Part shown: in pieces, positions 55,501 through 64,000 of the stretch | How positions within the stretch are numbered: position 1 is the first letter of the stretch | How the letters are laid out: every line of letters begins with the position of its first letter | DNA from: Camelus ferus | Lineage: Eukaryota | DNA length: 64,000 nucleotides | Assembly (NCBI RefSeq): GCF_009834535.1 | Contig: NC_045697.1 | Coordinates: 112,966,001-113,030,000, forward strand | Reading direction: 5' to 3' | Made by a program: the position numbers and the translations under genes | The notes under the pieces: generated by a model | Told to the model about the DNA's origin: nothing | Databases searched by the model: none | What the model saw: only the letters and a program-made list of their open reading frames with translations

Positions 55501-55649
55501 CGAAGCCGTATCCCTCGTACTGCTGCCGCTCCCGCGCCACCGTCTGCCTGATGACCGTCTCCCGGGAGCAGTGCCGCCTGCCCTGCCGGTCCTTGATGCT
55601 GTTCTGCAACTCAATCTGCTCCAGCTCACTGCTGAATCGATTTAAATAC
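55501..55649 (-). CDS. TMA16: TMA16 internal exon (149 nt): [49 protein letters not shown](E)
   Basis: Minus strand ttgtatttcag|GTATTTA...TTCG|gtgtgt; visible within ORF 55424..55678. Confidence 0.95.
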
Positions 55650-55829
55650 CTGAAATACAAGAAAACGGTTTGCGTCACAAGTGTAAGGCTTACATTACCT
55701 CATTTAAACATAATCCCCAGCCTTCGCCTGGCCTTTAAGTTGTTATATTCTTGAATTCCTCAAGTTCTCAGACCTTCCCTTGGTAACTCAACCGTTTTCA
55801 AAATTTCTGTGACCAAATCAAAGCCTGCC

Positions 55830-56530
55830 ATTAAAGTATGCTCATACTCAACCACTTCCTGGATGTCCCAAAGAGGCTTACTGCATGACACCTGAACCTG
55901 CCCTCAGCCCTGCCCCCACACGGCCCCTCCAAACCTGCCCCATCCCTTTGCCCCCACCTCATCACGGGAAGCAGTGTGACCACTCATCTGGTGGCCAAGT
56001 GAGGAATGCCACTGTCCCCACTGACTCCTCTCTCTCCCTTTTATGCCACATCTAAGTCTTCATTACAGATTGAGATGTCAACCTCCTTAAAATCTCTGTC
56101 ATCTTTCATTTCTCTTGACCACACTGCCAGTAATATCACCTCTTGCCTGGACTGCTCCATCAGCCTCTCAGCAGTCTCCTGGCCAAAGCCTGTCCCTCAC
56201 CCATTCTCCTCGTTCTCACTACGGTGATCTTCCTAAAGCTGAAATGCGATCATCTCAGGTGCTTGCTGCACAAGTGTCCTACAGCTCCCAGTGTGGTTGG
56301 GCACAGTCCAAACTCCTACACTGGTATCCGAGATCTGTCAGCAGCTGGTTTATCCCACCTGTCGCAATCCCCTCCTTGAACCCACTGCTTCAGTCCTTAA
56401 ACGTCTGGCAGAGCCCTAGATATGCTGCCCTCACCCCTGGGCCTTTCCCGTCTTGTTCTCTCTGCCCAGAGCTCTTCACGCTGCCTCAGCGCAGTCTGCT
56501 CACCCCCATCTTCAGATGTCAGTTTGGATG
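55830..56530. mobile_element. L2 remnant
   Basis: Pyrimidine-rich L2-type sequence (atcacctcttgcctggactgc, gtgatcttcctaaagctgaaatgcgatcat). Confidence 0.55.
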
Positions 56531-56752
56531 ACATTTCTCCAAGAAGCCACGAAACTGGGTGAACTACCACTGTGAGGCCCAGAGAGGTTACAACCCTACT
56601 AAAATGGTGAGGCCAGTATATGGATCCAAAGTCTTTTGATAATAAAGCCCATCTGCTCATCTGTGAATCCAGAACAGAACTCTGCCTCTTCCAGAACCAA
56701 GCTGGGGGGTGCCTCTTACTGACCCTTTGCTCATAACATGCCCAGTGTTTAC

Positions 56753-56837
56753 CTTTCAATTAATTCACAAGCATCTCTCTTTGAATATCCTACTTTTTTG
56801 GGATCAAGATGACTCTGAAACCACTGAAGTTTTTCAC
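56753..56837 (-). CDS. TMA16: TMA16 internal exon (85 nt): (G)[27 protein letters not shown](R)
   Basis: Minus strand ttgttgttatag|GTGAAAAA...GAAAG|gtaaac; open frame and consistent phases. Confidence 0.94.
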
Positions 56838-56969
56838 CTATAACAACAAGAACCAAGACAGTTTAACACCACAAGTCATCAACTTAAGCAGAGGTATTCA
56901 TTATAATTTTCAACATCAATGTGATTAAAACAGTATCAAAATTTATTTCAATATTAAATATAAGGTTTT

Positions 56970-57046
56970 GTGACGGTTTAATTTCTGACCGACTGGTTTA
57001 AAGGCTCAAAGCTAATAAACCAGTCGGTCAGAAATTAAACCATCAC
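56970..57046 (-). repeat. 31-bp inverted repeat with 15-nt spacer (hairpin)
   Basis: Arms 56970-57000 and 57016-57046 are reverse complements at 30 of 31 positions. Confidence 0.97.
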
Positions 57047-58048
57047 GTTTTAAATTTGGGGAAGAGACAAAGGTGGGAGGGATGCTTTTCTGTACATACT
57101 TCTTATCCGAGGATAGAAAAAAGTTTAGAAGAATACTTTCATAGTACGTGAAGTTCTAAGTATTTATAAAGCAAAGGACAGAACTTGTCTAAAAGAGTTA
57201 GGAGTCTGATTAGATTAACAAAGAGGACGGTACCTGCAGAACATTTAACAAGCGGCAGGCACTCTGTCAAGAGGTTTGCAGTCCTATGAGGATTAATACT
57301 GTTATCCCCATTTACAAATGAGAAAGGGTGAGTAACCTGCTCAGGGCCTCAAAGTTAGTAAATAAACACTCAGCATACAAGGCCTGCCATCTGCCAGGTA
57401 CTGCAGAGTGACTGACGCTCATTATCAAAGAGCTAACGGGCCTCATCCCGGCGAGTAAACCTGCCATCGGGGTGTCACTTTCGGCTAGATCCCTCGATAA
57501 TCACAGATTGAGAACTGGCCCTACCCGGGATGGCTGAGAACCCATCTAGAAATACAGTTCTATCGCCTGATAAAGCACTAGTTAGGGGTTCAAATACCTT
57601 TTATTTTAGTAATAAAGCCTAGCAGCCACTCTTTCAAAACCTCTGATCTGTCACTACAAACTGACCAATAATAAATCTGACCCCAAGAAGATTGTGACAC
57701 TGAGATACAGACTGAGGATATATACATTCACATCATTAAATATAAATTGCTGTTTCCAAAATCCTTCATAATTCTAATGGTTAGGGAGCTAGAATTAAAC
57801 CTGAGAAAGAGAGAGATGGATGGATGAAGACAGGCAGGCAGGTACTGAACAGTTCCTAAAAACTGAGCTCTAGGCATTATTAACACTGTTCTAAGAATTT
57901 AATGACTGATTTTACTTTATTTCAATCAAGTCTGGTAAAGAAAATTCACTTAGATAAAAATAGCATTTCACTAAGAAAGTCGAAAATATGAACAGGGAAG
58001 AACTTCACTATGCTCAGGCCCAAGTGTCAAATAAATAAATCCACTTAC

Positions 58049-58086
58049 CAATAAGGCTGAGACGCAACGCCTTGTCATTCTTCAAC
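58049..58086 (-). CDS. TMA16: TMA16 internal exon (38 nt): LKNDKALRLSLI(G)
   Basis: Minus strand ctttttctcctaag|GTTGAAG...CTTATTG|gtaagt; matches recalled human LKNEKALRLNLVG; phase joins the next exon. Confidence 0.92.
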
Positions 58087-58567
58087 CTTAGGAGAAAAAG
58101 TACTTATGTGTTAGAAATCTTCCAAAGCAAGTTTCAAAAATCTGTCGAAAACAATAAAAAGAAAAACTGCCCGAAGAACCTAAATTCAAAAATCATTCTT
58201 TTATGCATGTGAAATTAATTTTTTTAATGAAGAAACACTGAACACCATGTGTTTCTTTTAAACACTGGAACAAAATATTAGAAAAAATTTTTTCACTCTG
58301 TAGTGACCAAAGGACACCTATAGAACAAGTCAGTTTGAAAGCACAAAGGAAAGCTTGATTGGATTTCATAATATGCAGAATGCTCGTAACAAAAGAGCAA
58401 TGAGTGCCTTCGAGAAGATTAAGGGCTACCACCAAGATCAAAATTCATCACTGTCATCTTCTAAACTTCAACAAGGACAAAACAGAACGTTTACTTTTCA
58501 TAAATTTGGTAAGAATTATGACCAAAGAAAAAGAAGTCATTTATTCTAAAATAATAAAGGGTCTAGG

Positions 58568-60275
58568 GAACCACAGAGAGACAGCAGGAGGGGAGTGCTC
58601 ACGATATAATTGGGCCCTATAACCCCCCAGCTGGGCGACCCACAACCTGAAGTCACAGAGGCACTCCCATAGGAGTGAGAGCTCTGAGCCCCATGTCAGG
58701 CTCCCCAGCTGGGGTTCTGGCACTGGGAGAACATCCCAAGACATCTGGTTTTGAAGCTCAGTGGGGCTTAACTCCAGCAGCCCCACGGGTCTGGGGGAAA
58801 CGGAGACTTCAGTGTCTTGGGAAGCAAACATAGAATCTCACATGCACAGGTCCAAGGGCGGAGGCAGTGATTTCATAGGAACCAGGGCCAGATCTGCCTG
58901 CTGGTTTTGGAGGGTCTCCTGGGGACGTGGGGGATGGCTGCAGCTCACTCAAGAGACATAAACTCTGGTGGCAGACATTCCCGGAGTGTTCATCTACATG
59001 GGTTTTCCAGGAGGCTGGTGTCTTGGCTGGATCATTAGGGTGGGAACACGGCCCCACCCATCAGCAGACTTCCTGAGTCACAAAGGTCTCTAGGCAGGGC
59101 CCTATCCACCAGATGTCCAGGCAGAGCTTCACCCAGCAGTGGGCAGGCGCCTGTGGAAGGAATCCACAAACACAGGCCAGACTCTACACTGGGACTGGCG
59201 GGACCTTGGCCCTTGGGTGACAAGAGAGGAGTGTACTGCTGAGACGCATACGGCATTTCCCACAGAGGGCCACTTGCCCAAGGTTTAGAAACATAAATGA
59301 TCTACCTAAAAATACAAACAGAAATTTAAACATGAGGCAGCAAAGGAACATATGCCAGGCAACGGCACAAGATACAATCCCAGAAAAAGAAATTTTAAGT
59401 GATGAGGAGACAGGCAATTTATCCAAGAAAGAGTTTAGAATTATGATGATGATGTTCAGAGAACTCGGGAGGAGTATAGATGCACAAAGCAAAGTTTTTA
59501 GCAAAAAGTTAGAAAACAGAGCTGAAGAACACAATCACTGAAATGAATAACACACCAGAAGGAACCAAGAACAGACTCAATGAGGCAGAAGAACGGATCA
59601 GTGAGCTGGAGGACAGATGAGTGGAAATCACTACCGCAGAAAAGAAAAAAGAAAAAAGAATGAAAAGGAATGAGCATAGTTTAAGAGACCTCTGGGACAA
59701 CAATGAAGCACACTAATATTCGAGTTACAGGGGTCCCAGAAAGCAAAGAGAGAGAGAAAGAACCTGAGAAAATATTTGAAGAGATAAGTGCTAAAAACTT
59801 CCCCAACTTGGGAAAGGAAACAGTCACCCAAGTCCAGGAAGTGCAGAGAGTTCCACAGGATCAACCCAAAGAGGAACACTCCAAGACATGTAGTCATCAA
59901 ATTAAGAAAAATTAAGGATGAGGAGAAAATACTAAAATCAGCAAGAGAAAAGCAACAAATAACATACAAGGGAACTCCCATAAGGTTATCAGCTAATTTT
60001 TCAGCAGAAACTCTACAGGCCAGAAGGGAGTGGCATGATATATTTAAAGTGATGAAAGGGAAAAACTTACAACCAAGAATACTCTATCCAGCAAGGCTCT
60101 CATTCAGATGATGGAGAAATCAAATGCTTCACAGATAAACAAAAGCTGAAAGAATTCAGCACCACCAAACCAGCTTTACAACAAATGTTAAAGGACCTTC
60201 TCTAGTCATCAAGCCATAAGACAAGACAACAAAAAGAAGAAAGAGAGAAAAAAACAAAAACAAAAAATGACCTAC
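58568..60275 (+). mobile_element. L1 5' UTR and decayed ORF1
   Basis: GC-rich 5' UTR then ORF1 fragments MRQQRNI...KEFRIMM, NIRVTGVPE...NFPNL, RINPKRNTPRHVVIKL...LQPRILYPARLSFR. Confidence 0.92.
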
Positions 60276-60775
60276 AATAGATGGCTTTGGCTGTTCGAGG
60301 TCTTCTGTGCTTCCTATTTGGAATTGTTTGTTCTAGCTCTGTGAGGAATGTCATGAGTATTTTGACAGGGGTTGCACTGGATCTGTGGATTGCTTTGGGT
60401 AATGTGGCTGTTTTGATAGTGTTGATTCTTCCAATCCAAGAGCACAAGATATCTTTTCATTTCTTTGTGTCATTTTGGTTTTTGGTTTTCAGAGTATAGG
60501 TAACCTCCTTGATTAAGTTTATTTCTAGGTATTTTGGGGCTTTTTTGACACAATGGAAAGGTTTATGCCAGTTATAAAACTCTGGTTTTTGAAGTGAAAA
60601 AAAAAGTGAATGAAGGGCCACAAATAGCAAAATATCCTTCTTTCTTATGGGCAAGTTGTATTCCAATGTTGCATCTTCTTTATTCATCTGTTGATGTGCC
60701 CTTGGGATGCTTGCATGTCTTGGCAATTATAAATAATGTTGCTGTTAATAGCAGGGTGTATGTATCTTTTTGAAT
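60276..60775 (-). mobile_element. Inverted L1 ORF2 and 3' fragments
   Basis: ORF 60202..60447 (-) [21 protein letters not shown]; cttggcaattataaataatgttgct is L1 3' region in reverse complement. Confidence 0.85.
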
Positions 60776-60899
60776 TAATTCTTATGTTGTGGTTGGCTTT
60801 ATTCCTTTGATAACCATATTAAGTTTAAAAAGCTAAAGCTCTAAACAATCTTAGAAACAATGAACAGTACATACATGTAAATTTAAAAAAAGTGCAGTA

Positions 60900-61224
60900 A
60901 AAAAAAAAGAGAAAAGAAAAATACCATATGATATCGCTTATATGTGGAATCTAAAAAAAGGGCACAAATGAACTTATCTACAAAACAGAAACAGATTCAC
61001 AGACATAGAAAACAGACTCATGGTTACCAGGGGGCAGAGGGGTTGGGAAGGGATAAATTGGGAATTTGAAAACTGTACCTCTTGGGGAGTGGTGGAAATG
61101 TTAGGTATCTTAATTGTGGTAGTGGCTTCATAGCTGAATATATCTATCAAAATTTATCAAATTGCACATCTGAAATATGTGTAGTTTACTATACAGAAAT
61201 TACACCACGGTCGAGTTGTTTAAA
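60900..61224 (+). mobile_element. Lineage L1 3' UTR piece joined to an older L1M 3' end
   Basis: gaaaaataccatatgatatcgcttatatgtggaatc...gggataaattgggaatttga, then ggtggaaatgttaggtatcttaattgtggtagtgg...gttgtttaaaaa. Confidence 0.75.
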
Positions 61225-62021
61225 AAGAAACGGTCTAGGTGATATACGCTTCCTACTGTTGCTATTCTAAATTCTAACTCATTCAGGAAAGACCTCTGAA
61301 TGGCCAGTTTTTGCAACACTTTGTTAGCCACAGCAATGAAGAAAAAACCCACTGTCCCTGCCCTAACAAAGCAGACCAGATTTACTCTCCCACTTTAAAC
61401 AACTAGAAAACTGAAGAAATAAAATAAAGCCTTTTTTATAAAAATTTTTTAAGCACAAGAAGGGGATAACATATTCACAAGACTAATAACTAACTAAAGA
61501 CTTGCATTAAGAATATACCAATAGTTCTTACTACTTAACAACAGAAAACCAATTCAAAACCAAAAAAAGATTTTAACAGATTTTTCATCAAAGACATAAA
61601 GTGACCAATAAGCACATGAAAATTTATTTAATATCACTAGTCATCAAGAAGTACAAATTAAAACCACCAATGACATACTACCGTACACCTACCAGATTGG
61701 CTAAAATCTATTTTAAAACTGATAATACAACATGTTTAAGAGGATACAGAGTGAATGTAACTCTTATACATTAGTGGTGAAAAGATAAAATGATACTGCC
61801 ACTTCAGATAAGGCAATTTCTTATATACTAAAAATTACACCTACCACATGACCTCATTCTCTTAAACAATTTCTTAAAAATTCAATTTCTTATATACTTA
61901 AACATGTATCTACTGTATGAACCAGCAATTCCAGTTCTAAGAACTGAAAAAAAAAATGGAAACCTACGTACACAAAACCCCCGCATGTGAATGCTCTGGT
62001 AGCTTTATCTGCATGTAACAG

Positions 62022-62215
62022 CAGGGGTTGATCATTCCTGCTTAAATGGCAGGACAGTAACATGCTAGGCTTTGAGGGCCACGTGGTTGGTCCATCCCAA
62101 CTACTCATCTCTGCCTTTGTGGTCTCAAAGCAGCTGCGAACAACATGAAACGAATGGGCATAGCTGCTTTCCAGTGAGGCAAACTGTTTTTATAAAAGCA
62201 AGTGGGTAGGCACTT
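62022..62215. mobile_element. MER58A-like element
   Basis: caggggttg...taggctttgagggccac...caactactcatctctgcc...aaagcagc...aaacgaatgggcatagctg. Confidence 0.7.
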
Positions 62216-62489
62216 AACCCAACAGAGCAGATCTGGAAAAGAGCCACAAACTATAAACACTCCAAATAACCATCAACCTGTAAGTGGATAAACACACTGC
62301 ACAGCCATACAACGTAATACTACTCAGTAATAATGGAGAAGGACAACTAAAATATGCAATAACATGGATAAACTTCACAAATACTATGCAAACAGAAAAA
62401 AGCTAGCATAAAAAACTGCCTACAGCATGACTGCATTTATATGAAACATTAGAAAGACAAATCTCATCCATCAAGATACAGAGCAAATC

Positions 62490-62880
62490 TACAGAAACAA
62501 TAAAAAGATCATGGTTTCCAGGGGTTTGGGGAGAGGGAGGGAGGGATGAATAGACCGAGCACAGGGGCTTTTAGGGCAATGAAATTATTCTGTATGATAC
62601 TATAGTGGTGGCTACATGTCATTATGCGTTTGTCAAAGCTCATAGAATGTACAACATCAAGAGTGAGCCCTAATGTGAACTATGGACTTTGGTTGAGAAC
62701 AATGTGTCGCTGTTGGTTCATCGATTGTACCAAATATGCCTCACCAATGTGGGATGCTGAAGGTAGGGGAGGATGTATGTGTGGGTGGGGAGGGCTATGT
62801 GCAAACTCTGTTTTCTGCACAATTCTGCTGTAAACCCTAAACTGCTCTAAAAATTAAGTCTATTAAAAAAAAAAAAAAAC
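62490..62880 (+). mobile_element. L1MC-like 3' end with A tail and perfect 16-bp TSD
   Basis: agatacagagcaaatc at 62474-62489 and 62881-62896; body gagtgagccctaatgtgaactatggactttgg. Confidence 0.85.
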
Positions 62881-64000
62881 AGATACAGAGCAAATCAACG
62901 GGTGTCTAAGGCTAGGGGTGGAGGGTGGAGAACTGACTGGGAAGATCTTTAGAAGGATGAAAACGCACTCTACGTCTGCTGATCACGGTGGCTGCACTAT
63001 GTATTACCAAAACTCAAACTCTGTACGCTTGTAATATGTCTATTTTGTCATATATTATTTATACCTCAAAGTTGATTTAAAAAAAAAAGAAAGAACACTT
63101 CATAACCAGGTAGAAAAAGGCTTTGAGGAGAATTCATTCCTTTTGAATCAGCCTGGAAGGAAGAGTCCACTTACAAGTCAAGTTTGCCATTGTTCTGAAT
63201 GAACTCAACGGCACCTAAATTACAGTGGTGTCAGCTGAGATGAAGAGAAGAGAGATTTGAGATTAATCCTCAAAAACAGTTGTTTCCTAGTTGTTACCCA
63301 TTATGCTTAGTTTCTGTGTTAATTTTCCATATTAAGTCATTTTCACTGGTATCTAGAGTTCTTTGCTACATACCTAGCAGGACAGAATAGGACAGTACGC
63401 AGCCACAAAATGTTGCTATGCTGAGAAGTCATAAAATAAAGCTAAAATCATGATACAGAATAACTACTTGCCTGTAAACTGCCCATCAATTGAAATGCAC
63501 TAGTCTTCAAACTGTACCAGTTTCTTTCAACAGGAACAGAAGCAGTATTTCATATAATCCTGAATCAGCATGTTCAAACGCTAAAGATGAAGAACGCCTG
63601 ACTCTTTTCCACGCTGCTCTGCGCCCCTGCCGTGTCTTTAGGTCATTAGAGTCCATCTCTGAGGGTCAACCTGATGAATCCAGAAGTTCGAGTCTGTGCC
63701 CTCTTCCTCCGGTCAAAGGCACTGCCCCTAGCAAATACCCTCCCCGATCTTCCCCTAAAAACGAAACTTAGGAACTGGCACAAAGAGTCCCGGGTTCTGT
63801 GTTAATGTGCAGAGACCAGATACTCCAGCCCACCTGGGTACTCTTCCTCCTTAGGCAGGCAGGCACCACGAGGAGGTGGTAATACCTAAGACGGCCCCCA
63901 GTGCTGCTGCTTACTGCTTTGACAGTCATGGCCCTGTCTTCCCTGAGTGTGGCTGGACCTAGTGACTCACCTCTAACGAGTGAGACGGTGCAACAGCGAT

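Larger units (their letters stand above)
61440..63090 (+). mobile_element. Ancient L1M(E-like) 3' region hosting nested insertions
   Basis: tacaaattaaaaccacc, agtggataaacacactg, actgcatttatatgaaac, tatacctcaaagttgatttaaaaa. Confidence 0.6.

Noticed and set aside
58087..64000. TMA16 first coding exons (MPKAPK...HPYSRKA) and promoter
   Set aside because: Not found; ORF 63490..63771 is on the wrong strand and unrecognisable.

Overview
Mammalian genomic DNA, most likely camelid (inferred from the short tRNA-derived Vic-1-like SINEs and the L1 3' UTR type). Two genes converge tail to tail. On the + strand are the last two coding exons of MARCHF1 (membrane RING-CH E3 ligase; 29381-29528 and 38379-38674), followed by a ~4 kb 3' UTR; the first 29 kb is inferred to be MARCHF1 intron. 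On the - strand are the last five coding exons of TMA16 (58049-58086, 56753-56837, 55501-55649, 51826-51868, 50153-50333), all GT-AG and in phase; I found no 5' TMA16 exons in the window. The rest is interspersed repeats: L1, SINE, ERV solo LTRs, Tigger/Charlie/MER DNA transposons, MIR and L2. The most interesting unexplained structures are (1) a 77-nt near-perfect hairpin in a TMA16 intron, fully paired in the TMA16 sense direction and flanked by a 5-bp direct repeat, (2) a 2.66-kb rearranged composite L1 bounded by one candidate target-site duplication, and (3) a (TC)38 tract just after a MARCHF1 donor that builds a cryptic acceptor for an in-frame 42-nt pseudo-exon. Gene and repeat family names come from recalled sequences, not database searches. 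I see no evidence for a new multi-gene system.
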